The notes below the pieces were generated by a model. It saw only the letters and a program-made list of their open reading frames with translations, was not told the origin of the DNA and searched no databases. Source: a virus (Duplodnaviria; Caudoviricetes). From it: 57,647 bases of DNA. Of the stretch, positions 25,245-34,207 are shown piece by piece. The stretch lies in IMG/VR virus record IMGVR_UViG_3300021081_000002, positions 1 to 57,647 of that record, one strand, 5' to 3'. The number at the start of each line of letters is the position of its first letter. The first letter of the stretch is position 1. Made by a program: the position numbers and the translations under genes.

Positions 25245-25882
25245 AGATAGACGCTGCTCTCCTCCACCAGACCATCTACAACACCCTGATCTTCACTCCG
25301 GGGAAGGGAGAAGCGAAGAAGACAACGACTCGGGGGGACGTCCTGCTCTCCGCTCGCAGCGACGGGATGTTTTTTATTGCGACGGAGGGGTACGTCGTCC
25401 TCTCCGAGAAATTTCCGGCGGTAAATATTGACATCCCCCCCGGTGACAGTGTAGAGTGCTGGATACGGGGGGATGAACTCCGGGAGTTTGAAAAAGCCCT
25501 CCGGGAGATCAAGGGGGAGATCAGTCTGTCGTTGCCACCGTTCGACCTCTCTATCGACGACGGCCCGACACTGAAACTCCTCCTCTCCAGTGACGCCAAG
25601 GACTACTGGGATGGCGTCCGGAAACTACTCGCTGGGAAGGGGGTCGACGGGGATGCCCTAGACGGACCATTTGCGATCGGTCCCGACCGGCTGAGCAAGT
25701 TCTCGCGGCTGAAACCTCAAGGGGAGTACCCGCTGGATCTGAAGCGCTTCGTGACCGAGTCCAGTCAGGATCTCCTCTATTGGAAGTACGGCCCGGCTGT
25801 CCGGGGGATTCTCGTACCACTCAACAGGGACATCATCCGCGAGCATTACGCAGAGACACCGGAGGTTCTGTGGAAGGGGTGA
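25241..25882 (+). CDS. Putative sliding-clamp (beta subunit)-like protein
   Basis: IATEGYVV resembles the beta-clamp VATDGxRL motif. The C-terminus RGILVPLNR resembles the xxLIMPxR ending. GTGA overlap. Confidence 0.45.
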   Translation: MKIDAALLHQTIYNTLIFTPGKGEAKKTTTRGDVLLSARSDGMFFIATEGYVVLSEKFPAVNIDIPPGDSVECWIRGDELREFEKALREIKGEISLSLPPFDLSIDDGPTLKLLLSSDAKDYWDGVRKLLAGKGVDGDALDGPFAIGPDRLSKFSRLKPQGEYPLDLKRFVTESSQDLLYWKYGPAVRGILVPLNRDIIREHYAETPEVLWKG

Positions 25883-26076
25883 GCGTCGGATTCCTAGGCT
25901 TCTTCGTCCTCCTCGGACTGAAGCTCTCAGGGGTCATCGGGTGGTCGTGGTGGTGGGTGACCGCGCCTCTGTGGGGCGGGTTCGCACTGACACTGGCGAT
26001 TCTGGTGGTCTTCGGGACGTTGATCGCGGTGACGCGGCGAGTCTTCAGTTTGATCTGGGAAGACAACGATCGATGA
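25879..26076 (+). CDS. Small membrane protein
   Basis: LKL.GVI.WSWWWV.APLW motif, common in phages. Confidence 0.7.
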   Translation: MSVGFLGFFVLLGLKLSGVIGWSWWWVTAPLWGGFALTLAILVVFGTLIAVTRRVFSLIWEDNDR

Positions 26077-26483
26077 GAGTAGCCATTGTAGGGTCGTCGT
26101 ATCTCTCGGAGGAACAACTCCGGGAGGTACGGCATCTCTGTGAGCTGATCTTATTCACGGAGTGCGATGAGCAGGTAGGGGACGTCGAAGTCGTCTCAGG
26201 TGGGGCGCCTGGCGTCGACACCATAGCGGCCGAGGTGGCGAAAGACGTCGGTCTCGACTCTATGACCTTCCGACCGGAGGTCTTCCAGTGGGAGGACCTA
26301 TACGAACAGAAGTTCGGAGGCTTGGTGAGGCGCCGAGGTTTTCGGAGTCGGAACTTGCAAATAGCTGAATACTGTGATACGCTGTACTGTGTGAGGTCGA
26401 CAGAGAGTCAGACATACGGCAGCGGTTGGACCGCTGACAGGACCGAGGAGCTTGGGAAGCGTGTCTACCGGTACTTTGTCTAG
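26073..26483 (+). CDS. SLOG-superfamily (DprA/YspA-like) protein
   Basis: VAIVGS, VSGGAPGVDTIA, RN..IA..CD. Confidence 0.8.
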   Translation: MRVAIVGSSYLSEEQLREVRHLCELILFTECDEQVGDVEVVSGGAPGVDTIAAEVAKDVGLDSMTFRPEVFQWEDLYEQKFGGLVRRRGFRSRNLQIAEYCDTLYCVRSTESQTYGSGWTADRTEELGKRVYRYFV

Positions 26484-26958
26484 GGTCCTAGACAACGCCC
26501 AGAACAGCTACTTCTCAGAGGCGTTCAGGCCCCCGATGGGGCTGAAGCGGAGAGCTAAAAGAGACTTAGAGGAGGTAGATTTCGATACGTTTGTAGTCAC
26601 TGGTATCTCCGGGGCGCTGGTGGTGGCCGAGCTAGCCCACCACCTCCATAAGAATTTCGCTGTGGTGAGGAAGACTCAGACTGAGTCTTCCCATGCCAGT
26701 CGGAAGATAGAGGGATGTCTCGGATCTCGCTGGATTTTTCTGGATGATTTCATCTCTTCCGGGGCAACACTACAGAGAGTAATCAACGAGGTCGAGGACT
26801 TCGTTACAGACAGTAACCGTTGGAGGACCGACTACGAGACCCCACTATTCGAATCTCATATAGTGGGAACATACACCTACCAGAGGCAGAACAACAATGG
26901 GTGCGGGTTCAGGAAGATCTCAGATTACTCCAACTACATCCTCGACCGAAGCGTGTGA
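26452..26958 (+). CDS. Type I phosphoribosyltransferase
   Basis: TGISG, VVRK and the PRPP-binding motif IFLDDFISSGAT. Confidence 0.85.
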   Translation: MGSVSTGTLSRVLDNAQNSYFSEAFRPPMGLKRRAKRDLEEVDFDTFVVTGISGALVVAELAHHLHKNFAVVRKTQTESSHASRKIEGCLGSRWIFLDDFISSGATLQRVINEVEDFVTDSNRWRTDYETPLFESHIVGTYTYQRQNNNGCGFRKISDYSNYILDRSV

Positions 26959-27153
26959 CTACTGCCTCGGCAGTCTCGTATACATCCACTGCTACGGCCG
27001 GGAGGGTGCGAACGGGTGTCACGAGTCCTTCGGTGACATCGAGGCCGCGCTACGCCACCAGGCGAAGACTGGCGGCTGCCACTTCCCGGGGAACCCGAAG
27101 CTACAGATGGTATTTGATGGATTGTGTTGGAGAATCAAACCAGAGAGGGACAG

Positions 27154-27294
27154 ATGAACGAGACGTTCTGGAGCAAGGTGAAGCGGGTATGGAACCGGTG
27201 GTGGAAGAGCCGGCCTGTAGGTGGGACGATCCCTGTCCCACCTGTGAAGCCTCCGGTGGTGAAGCCTCCGGTGACTGGTGGATGTGGTTTGTAA
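27154..27294 (+). CDS. 46-aa hypothetical peptide (not in ORF track)
   Basis: MNETFWSKVKRVWNRWWK...VKPPVVKPPV. GAGGG RBS. Contains a 15-bp tandem duplication (27244-27273). Confidence 0.4.
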   Translation: MNETFWSKVKRVWNRWWKSRPVGGTIPVPPVKPPVVKPPVTGGCGL

Positions 27295-27349
27295 TAGGTG
27301 CGATGGCTATCGTCTTAGTACACGTTCTCACCCGGAGGGGGTAAGATAG

Positions 27350-27421
27350 ATGCATTGGTGGATGTGGCTGTTAGTAGCAGTGGCAGCAGTGTGGTTAGTC
27401 CAAGTCCTGATCCGTCGCTAA
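27350..27421 (+). CDS. 23-aa TM peptide (not in ORF track)
   Basis: MHWWMWLLVAVAAVWLVQVLIRR, with a GGAGG RBS. Confidence 0.45.
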   Translation: MHWWMWLLVAVAAVWLVQVLIRR

Positions 27422-27457
27422 AAATTTTTCAGCTTCGAAATCTAGGGAGGCGAATAG

Positions 27458-28306
27458 TTGGGTAAATACAGCCGGAGCGTCAGCCAACTGAAGAGTGTGA
27501 CGCGGTGCGGCGAAGCCTTCCGACTGGAACGACTCTCCTTCCCGAAAACACCCCGCCGGCCGGCTGCCTGGACGGTGCTCGGGATCGCGCTGCACGAGGT
27601 GTTCCCTGAGTGGGAGATCGGGGATCGGAAGGACGATCCGGTGCAGATGTTCGACGTCGCCTTCGATAAGATTCTAGCCGAGGAACAACAGCGCCAACCA
27701 GATCAGGAGATGTGGCAGAAGGCTCCGAATGCCAAGACCGTCGACAACGACATCAAAAACTACAAAAAACGGGGGATGACTAAGGACGTCCCGCTGTACC
27801 AGCAACGGTGTGTGGAAGCAGAGTGGGAGATCCTCCACCTCCCGGACGGTGACCGCGCACTTGAGCTTGAGTTTGAGCTAGAACTAGGAGAGGTGACTGT
27901 GAAGGGGGCCCTCGACCGGGTGCTGTGGTTCCCGGGCAAGAAGATGGCTGCGATGGAGGATCTCAAATCAGGGAGTCCGGATGATGAAGTCGACACCAGG
28001 CAGTTGGGTTTGTACTCACTGGCGGCAGCTGAATGCTACGGTCTGGATATCAGTCATGGTCGCTATTGGTATACTAAGTTGGATCGACCTGGCGACTGGG
28101 TTGACCTCTCTCGCTACAGTCGTGACTACCTTACCCAGGAGTATGGTAGACTAGACGAATTGATAGATCGGAATTTGCTACTGCCTAATCCGGGGAAGCA
28201 CTGCGGTCTGTGCGGCAGCCGGCCATGGTGCAGCGAATTAGGGTGGTTGAAACCAGGAGAGGGGTTGTTCGGTCCGAATGAGGAAACTGCAACAGCCACA
28301 AACTGA
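27458..28306 (+). CDS. RecB/Cas4-like PD-(D/E)xK exonuclease
   Basis: S.SQL....C, G.ALH, E...KGALDR...DLKSG, QL..Y, CxxC.....C. Confidence 0.9.
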   Translation: MGKYSRSVSQLKSVTRCGEAFRLERLSFPKTPRRPAAWTVLGIALHEVFPEWEIGDRKDDPVQMFDVAFDKILAEEQQRQPDQEMWQKAPNAKTVDNDIKNYKKRGMTKDVPLYQQRCVEAEWEILHLPDGDRALELEFELELGEVTVKGALDRVLWFPGKKMAAMEDLKSGSPDDEVDTRQLGLYSLAAAECYGLDISHGRYWYTKLDRPGDWVDLSRYSRDYLTQEYGRLDELIDRNLLLPNPGKHCGLCGSRPWCSELGWLKPGEGLFGPNEETATATN

Positions 28307-28423
28307 CTACGAAAAGATGATGCTGCTGGCACTACACCGGAAGCTGTTCGGTAAGAACGACGCCAACGACGACACACTACAGACAGAGACCACCACTCCC
28401 AATCGAAAGGATAAGAGACGGCG

Positions 28424-28873
28424 ATGGGGAAGCGCTCGAAACCGGATCAGGGCATTCAACCTCAAACATTCTACCAACCTCCCCTTGAGGCCCCGCCTGA
28501 AGCCGGTGTTGTGGATCGGTCAGCGCAAGATATTCGTGACGAGATCTACGACGACGGCTACAACCACGGATTCTCCGACGGACTCTACATCGGGGCACAG
28601 CCTGTGGTCCTTCGGCCGAAGCCGACGAAGCTCCGAGTCACCCTCAGTCGACGACTGACGTGGTCAGAGCGGGAGGCATTCCGGGAGGCTATCGACGGGG
28701 TATACGACAGTCATCGGTTCAACACCAACAACTCAGCGGTGGTGTACGTCTCTGCCTCGGGCGGCATGGACTCACGGGAGTTGGCATGGGAGCTACATGA
28801 TTGGTTCGCGACGGAGTTGTTCAACGTCCATATTCATAGCGTCAAGACCATCTATCCGGAGGTAGTAGTATGA
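28424..28873 (+). CDS. Hypothetical protein
   Basis: ORF coupled to the next gene by ATGA. Confidence 0.5.
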   Translation: MGKRSKPDQGIQPQTFYQPPLEAPPEAGVVDRSAQDIRDEIYDDGYNHGFSDGLYIGAQPVVLRPKPTKLRVTLSRRLTWSEREAFREAIDGVYDSHRFNTNNSAVVYVSASGGMDSRELAWELHDWFATELFNVHIHSVKTIYPEVVV

Positions 28874-29256
28874 CAGAAGAGTTAACTAGCACTGCGGGCT
28901 ACAACAAACTCCAGATCTCGGGCGACCTCAATGGCGATCTCTACTGTATCAGAGCTGACACTGTTCAAGAATTGAACGAAATTTTTGAGGGGCTTGCTTC
29001 TTCTGGGGAAGATCTCGTCAAAAACCTCAGTACGTTTAAGCAGGTGGCGATTGCGAAGGGTGTGTTCACGAAGCCTGCGCCGAAGGCACAAGAGCGGAAG
29101 GCAGACACGCCGCCTCCGGGTGGGGATGGGGTGCCGAGGTGCAAGCATGGTCCTCGCAATGATGCTGGTGACCCCGCCGAAACAGGTTACAAGCACAGGT
29201 ACTACTGCACGCTGAAGACATCGAACTGGAAAGAAAAATGTCCTCCAGTCGACTAG
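28870..29256 (+). CDS. Hypothetical protein with C-terminal CxH...C...C zinc motif
   Basis: GGAGG RBS. Lies between the exonuclease and the helicase. Confidence 0.65.
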   Translation: MTEELTSTAGYNKLQISGDLNGDLYCIRADTVQELNEIFEGLASSGEDLVKNLSTFKQVAIAKGVFTKPAPKAQERKADTPPPGGDGVPRCKHGPRNDAGDPAETGYKHRYYCTLKTSNWKEKCPPVD

Positions 29257-29262
29257 GAGAGG

Positions 29263-30075
29263 GTGAGTATCTCGCAGACGCTTGGACTCAGCTTGAGAAC
29301 AAAAGGCGATGAGGGTCTCCCACTCCCGAGTGTGTTCCACCAACTCTTCGTCCTAGGGGCGAAGCCAAGGATGGGGCAACTGACCCTTATCGCCGCCGCA
29401 CCTGGCGGGGGGAAGTCTGCGATTGCGACGTTCATGGCGCTGGTGATGCGTTGGGGCGACGGACACGCCGTCCCGACGCTGTACTTCTCGGCTGACTCAG
29501 ACCGGATGACGTTCGGGATGAGAGCGATGGCTGGGGCTCTGAATATCGTGATGGATGACGCCGAGGAAATTCTGCTGGCGCGGGAACCTGATGGACTGAT
29601 AGCATTAGATGAGTCGACCAAACATATGTGGGTGAACTTCGATAGCTCACCAACCCCGAAGGACATCGACGACGAAACAGAAGCGTTCGCTTACGTCTAC
29701 GGCAGCTATCCGCAGTTGATTGTGGTCGACAACCTGATGGATGTCTCGACGGGAGGGTTGAACGAGCGTGACGCCCACGATGCTGTACTTGATTTCTGTA
29801 AGCGACTTGCCCGTAGAACTAGCGCAGCAGTGGTGGTATTGTGTCATGTTACCGGTGAATATACAGATGGGAAAAAGATCATCCCACGGTCAGGTCTTAT
29901 CAACAAAATTGACAAGCGGCCGAGGCTTATACTCACACTGCACCAAGCAGATACTAACCTTCTCGGTGTTTCAGTTGTAAAAAACAGCAACGGCAGAGCT
30001 GATAGCAGTGGCACGGGCGTTATCGCTTATATCCCGGTTTTGTGGGAAAAATCTTGGTTCTCCCGAGGCGTCTAG
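29263..30075 (+). CDS. DnaB/RecA-like helicase ATPase
   Basis: Walker A AAPGGGKS, YFSAD, Walker B IVVDNL, VVKN. Confidence 0.88.
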   Translation: MSISQTLGLSLRTKGDEGLPLPSVFHQLFVLGAKPRMGQLTLIAAAPGGGKSAIATFMALVMRWGDGHAVPTLYFSADSDRMTFGMRAMAGALNIVMDDAEEILLAREPDGLIALDESTKHMWVNFDSSPTPKDIDDETEAFAYVYGSYPQLIVVDNLMDVSTGGLNERDAHDAVLDFCKRLARRTSAAVVVLCHVTGEYTDGKKIIPRSGLINKIDKRPRLILTLHQADTNLLGVSVVKNSNGRADSSGTGVIAYIPVLWEKSWFSRGV

Positions 30076-30223
30076 GTGGGTGATAAGCGCCGCGAACCAT
30101 GTCCTGATTGTGGAGAGCCTAAGACGCTGGTTGCTAGCCGGTGCAAGCCATGTACGGATCTACACAGGCGCGGTTCGGATCGTATCGAGCCGGTGGAACT
30201 AGGTGGAGAATAAGGAGAATAGC

Positions 30224-30397
30224 GTGGCTGTAACTAAGAAGATAGAGTTGTCGTCGTGGGAGTATAAGGACGACGCCAACGACTTTTCCGTTGAGATTGA
30301 GACGACCTATACGGGGGAGATCTCAGCTGAGTTCATAACTGCCTTCGATAAGGCAGTCAATGAAGTACGGGCCGAGCTAAAGAGGGTGAAGAAGTGA
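30224..30397 (+). CDS. Small hypothetical protein
   Basis: AAGGAG RBS before GTG. Confidence 0.5.
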   Translation: MAVTKKIELSSWEYKDDANDFSVEIETTYTGEISAEFITAFDKAVNEVRAELKRVKK

Positions 30398-30783
30398 CGA
30401 TGGATACTCCGACGCAGTTGAGTACGACATCTATCCGGGAGAACCTCTTAGTCGCAGCGGAGGTAATCTCCACTGACGGCTGGGCTCACGGATTTCTCCG
30501 AGAAAACAACGGTAGCTATTGCATCAACGGTGCTCTGTATGTCGCCAACGGTGAAGAGTTCGAAGAGATGAACGTCGAGGGGCAGAAGTACTACTGCGAC
30601 GGTAATCGGACTCAGGAGTTCTACGGTCCGGAGCGGGAGGTGCTGAAGGATTACATCACCCGGCACTACCGACAACTGACAACAACAGAACTGTGGGAGT
30701 GGAATGACTCGCTGCCGATTGATGAGGGTCAGGATGTCGTCATCTCTGTCCTTCGTGGCGCGGCGGCCGAGCTACAGGAGTGA
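30394..30783 (+). CDS. Hypothetical protein (DUF6197-like), paralog of 37207-37539
   Basis: GW..G......G..CI.GA...WND....DV..LR pattern. Confidence 0.6.
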   Translation: MTMDTPTQLSTTSIRENLLVAAEVISTDGWAHGFLRENNGSYCINGALYVANGEEFEEMNVEGQKYYCDGNRTQEFYGPEREVLKDYITRHYRQLTTTELWEWNDSLPIDEGQDVVISVLRGAAAELQE

Positions 30784-31586
30784 TTTGGGTGGGGACGTTG
30801 ATCGTCGGCAGCACCGCCCAGTATTACTGGTTCCCGGCGGTCAGCCGGGAACCGAAGGATTTCGACATCTTCTCCGACCTTCCCGAGAAGGTTAGGGTCG
30901 CGGTACTGGGGATGTCAACTGAAAATTTTTGGCATCCGAATTTCGAACAGTGGATAACTCCGGCGACTCATAGGCACGCCTCTGTCGACGAACTCTACAC
31001 GATTAAGATCTCCCATTCATACTGGGAGCTGAAGAACGGGTCGTGGGATAAGCACACAGGAGACATCCTCTTCTTGGAGTCGATGGGCGCGGCATATCTT
31101 CCGTGGTTGCACGGCATCCTCTACCCAGTGTGGGAGGACCGCTACGGCAAGAAGCAGATGAATCTGAAACAAGAGGCGGCCAACTTCTTCAAGGACAAGG
31201 TCAAGAGGGTATACGATCACGACTCGATCCACGACAGTGTTGCGTATGGAGATGAAGCGATGTATACTAGAGTCTTGAAGGACGGCGAGACAGTAGACAT
31301 CGATCCGGTGAAGTTGTGGGACCAACTGACGTTCGATGAGCAAGTGATGTTGTTCCGCGAGGAGATCAATGCGACTGCCCTAGAGAGACTGGTTATCCCC
31401 AGTGGCTATCGCTGTAGCCCTGGTCGTGCTTATCGGTGGGCACTACGGCGAACGGTGACCAGTCTTACGAAGGGGAGGTCAGCGACCTTTATCATGACCA
31501 ACCTCTCCTCTTTCATCCATCCAGATGACTACGTCTCTCGGCACAAGTCGAAGTTAGATAAACTGATTTCGTTAAGAGAGGGGTGA
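30780..31586 (+). CDS. Conserved phage protein with nucleotidyltransferase-like N-terminus
   Basis: IVGSTA...KDFDIF (GS..DxD), LYTIKISH, YDHDSIH. Confidence 0.6.
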   Translation: MIWVGTLIVGSTAQYYWFPAVSREPKDFDIFSDLPEKVRVAVLGMSTENFWHPNFEQWITPATHRHASVDELYTIKISHSYWELKNGSWDKHTGDILFLESMGAAYLPWLHGILYPVWEDRYGKKQMNLKQEAANFFKDKVKRVYDHDSIHDSVAYGDEAMYTRVLKDGETVDIDPVKLWDQLTFDEQVMLFREEINATALERLVIPSGYRCSPGRAYRWALRRTVTSLTKGRSATFIMTNLSSFIHPDDYVSRHKSKLDKLISLREG

Positions 31587-31978
31587 CAGTGGCGACGCGA
31601 CATCTAAGTAAGTCGACCGGAGAGTTGGCCGAACTGCTAAAGGGGCACGTCTTCAAGGGGGGTTATGTACCCTACGGTAGTGAGTCCGGCGAGCCGGTGG
31701 AATACCACCAATCCGGCTGGGATGCGTGGGCGGAGACCGAAGGAGAGTGGGAAAGTGTCAACGACCTCGGTTCAGTGAGGGTGGTCGAGAATTTCGGTGG
31801 TGAGGGCCTCGGTGACGACTGCTTCCTCGTGTTTGAAGTCGCTGACGGCACTGGAGCGAGGCACTTCTTCAAGCTCCCCGGGTACTACACCAGCTACCAG
31901 GGTGGGTACTACGACGGTCAACTCTATGAGGTGAAGCCGGTTGAAAGGAAGGTAACTGTCTACGAACCCATCGAATGA
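31583..31978 (+). CDS. Hypothetical phage protein
   Basis: GGEG.GD...G.Y.SY.G...EV.P motif. Confidence 0.65.
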   Translation: MTVATRHLSKSTGELAELLKGHVFKGGYVPYGSESGEPVEYHQSGWDAWAETEGEWESVNDLGSVRVVENFGGEGLGDDCFLVFEVADGTGARHFFKLPGYYTSYQGGYYDGQLYEVKPVERKVTVYEPIE

Positions 31979-32384
31979 CTGTGTGGTCTGCGGCGGCCTT
32001 CTCACAGGACGCCAGAAAAAATTTTGCGGCGCCAACTGTAGCAAACTAGAAGGAAGGAGGAAACATATCTTTGAATGCTTCGCCATCACCCTCGAAGAAT
32101 ACGATCGGATCTTCCAAATACAGGGAGGTGGATGTGGCATCTGCTCCCGGAAACCTCGACCTGGGAAGTCACTGGCAGTTGATCACGACCACCAGACTGG
32201 TCTCGTCCGAGGGTTGTTATGTTTTCTCTGTAACCGACGAGTTCTCGGCGCGCGAACTGCCGATGTCATTATCCGAACAGCAGCGTACGTCACTGATCCA
32301 CCTGCTCGAAGAGCACTGGGGCGAGATGTTGTCGCGCCTGGTCGTCGGAAGCGTACGCGCCAACCTCGGAAGCGGCGTCGATGA
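31956..32384 (+). CDS. Endonuclease VII (Holliday-junction resolvase-like), probable CTG start
   Basis: QGG.C.IC, LAVDHDH.TG.VRGLLC..CN. The first Cys of the N-terminal CxxC lies upstream of the GTG at 31983. Confidence 0.85.
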   Translation: MSTNPSNDCVVCGGLLTGRQKKFCGANCSKLEGRRKHIFECFAITLEEYDRIFQIQGGGCGICSRKPRPGKSLAVDHDHQTGLVRGLLCFLCNRRVLGARTADVIIRTAAYVTDPPARRALGRDVVAPGRRKRTRQPRKRRR

Positions 32385-32707
32385 CTGAGTGGACGGAGCA
32401 TGCGACTCTCTCCCCCTCTGATTGGGGGAAGTGGGTACCTCTTGAACACTTAGAGGTAATGGTTGTTATCTCCGACCCGGTCGGGATGATTCGAGTCAGG
32501 GAAAGGAAGAAGCCATTGACAACAACGAACCCCAAGATATCGGAGCTGTCCTCGCGCATTACGGATACGAAGGTGAGACTCCGGGAGCTTGGCGCAGCAT
32601 TAGGTGCCCTTTCCACGACGACCGCCGAGCTTCGGCAAGAGTTAGTGGAAGTGCAGGAGCTTTTATTTGCCTTGGATGCGGAGTTAAAGGCGACGCAATC
32701 GGAGTGA
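32381..32707 (+). CDS. Hypothetical coiled-coil protein overlapping the primase zinc-finger ORF
   Basis: ATGA coupling and a heptad-like C-terminal half. Confidence 0.4.
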   Translation: MTEWTEHATLSPSDWGKWVPLEHLEVMVVISDPVGMIRVRERKKPLTTTNPKISELSSRITDTKVRLRELGAALGALSTTTAELRQELVEVQELLFALDAELKATQSE

Positions 32708-32883
32708 TCAAGGAGGTTGAGGGTTGTGACTGGAGCGGTGCCTTCACTCTCTACGAGACGATTACTCGCGGAGCGAACACAGGAGTACGCCGGACAGATG
32801 ACGGCAGAAGCGGCGGCGTATCTCCTCGGTCGCGGGATTACGAAAGAGGCAGCGGAATTTTTCCGGATTGGTTTTGTCGCTAG
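32515..32883 (+). CDS. DNA primase CHC2 zinc-binding domain (not in ORF track; probable ATT start)
   Basis: Manual translation: IDNNEPQDIGAVLAHYG...IRCPFHDDRRASARVS....FICLGCGVKGDAI...EG. Confidence 0.85.
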   Translation: MDNNEPQDIGAVLAHYGYEGETPGAWRSIRCPFHDDRRASARVSGSAGAFICLGCGVKGDAIGVIKEVEGCDWSGAFTLYETITRGANTGVRRTDDGRSGGVSPRSRDYERGSGIFPDWFCR

Positions 32884-33373
32884 TCCCCTACCGGGGGATG
32901 ACATGTACGCTGGAAGATTAGCTATCCCTTACTGCACTCCGAGTGGGGTCGTAGCTATGAAGTTCCGCAGTCTAGGTGGGGAGAAGGACAACCGTTTCAT
33001 AACCTTCACGGGTACGACGATGAAGAGGTTGTATAACCCCGGCGTTCTCGTCAAACCACATCTCACTATCTATCTCTGCGAGGGTGAGATTGACACGATC
33101 ACGGCCTGGATGTGTGGGCTACCGGCACTGGGGATCCCGGGGGTTAAGCAATGGAGGAGGACATTCTCACGTGCTCTCCGTAACCGAAGAGTCGTCGTCT
33201 TAGCGGACGGGGACGACAACGGTGAAGGTGAGAGATTCGCCGACACTATCAGCGGGGACGTCGACGACTGCGGAGTCATCTTACTGACGGATGAGGATGT
33301 CAACTCCTACTTCATGAAGCATGGCAAAGACGGACTACGGGAAAGGGTTGGGTTGAGTGGCAGAGGAAGCTAA
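32726..33373 (+). CDS. DNA primase TOPRIM domain
   Basis: YL..RGI, GRLAIPY, CEGEID, GIPG, DGDD. AGGAGG RBS. Confidence 0.9.
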   Translation: MTGAVPSLSTRRLLAERTQEYAGQMTAEAAAYLLGRGITKEAAEFFRIGFVASPLPGDDMYAGRLAIPYCTPSGVVAMKFRSLGGEKDNRFITFTGTTMKRLYNPGVLVKPHLTIYLCEGEIDTITAWMCGLPALGIPGVKQWRRTFSRALRNRRVVVLADGDDNGEGERFADTISGDVDDCGVILLTDEDVNSYFMKHGKDGLRERVGLSGRGS

Positions 33374-33719
33374 GGACAAAGACGAGAAGCCGCCACCAAA
33401 GGACAACCCGAAGGAAGGGGACTTTAAAACTGTTCAGGACATCATCAACTACCAAGGCGAGATGACTGACGAGATGTTCCAGTTCCAGACGGTGGTCACT
33501 CAGGCATGCCTTAAAACTGCTGATGACTGGTCTGCAGTGGCAGAGGCTTTCGAACTGCAACGACGACGGGCGATGGCTATGATCGAGAGTTGTGCCTGGA
33601 TAGCGCGGAAGTCTGCGGACAACATCGGGGATCTAATCACCGCGAAGTTCTCCCTTGACGACGACGCGGTCTACGAGAACGACGATGACGACGACGAGGA
33701 TGACGATGACGGTAAATGA
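33357..33719 (+). CDS. Hypothetical protein with acidic tail
   Basis: ORF in the operon, with a poly-Asp C-terminus. Confidence 0.55.
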   Translation: MAEEAKDKDEKPPPKDNPKEGDFKTVQDIINYQGEMTDEMFQFQTVVTQACLKTADDWSAVAEAFELQRRRAMAMIESCAWIARKSADNIGDLITAKFSLDDDAVYENDDDDDEDDDDGK

Positions 33720-33996
33720 ATTTGCGTGGGCTATGGGGTGGTACGAAGAAGCCAAGGAGATTAACGCTGAGGTCTTAACTGAGCTAGATAAGGCAGTGGT
33801 GAAGCACGGCATCTTCCAGACTCCGATGTGCCCGGCGATGGACCAGCGGGACCGGTTCGTCATCCTCTCTGAGGAAGTGGGGGAGGTCGCTCGGGCGATG
33901 ACGTACGACGAAGGCGACAAGAACAAACTAATCGAGGAGCTGATTCAAGTGGCAGCGATGGCGACTGCGGCGGTAGTTGGGTTGCGTAATGAGTGA
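33706..33996 (+). CDS. MazG-like nucleotide pyrophosphohydrolase
   Basis: LSEEVGEVARA...EELIQVAAMA. Confidence 0.8.
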   Translation: MTVNEFAWAMGWYEEAKEINAEVLTELDKAVVKHGIFQTPMCPAMDQRDRFVILSEEVGEVARAMTYDEGDKNKLIEELIQVAAMATAAVVGLRNE

Positions 33997-34207
33997 CCTC
34001 CCGAACCCGAAGAAGTTGGCGAAGAGTGTCATCCTTGGTGCTATCGAAGACGTCGAGCACCTAACCGTGACCGAGATGACCTACGACGCTATCGAGGACC
34101 CGATGTCTTTCTCAGAGAAGGAGATCGATGACCTCATTGACCAAGTCCAAGAGCTGGTGGACAACGCCACGGTGAAGGTAAAGGTGAGGTTCGCCAGTGA
34201 AGACTGA
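33989..34207 (+). CDS. Hypothetical protein
   Basis: ORF overlapping both neighbours. Confidence 0.5.
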   Translation: MSDLPNPKKLAKSVILGAIEDVEHLTVTEMTYDAIEDPMSFSEKEIDDLIDQVQELVDNATVKVKVRFASED

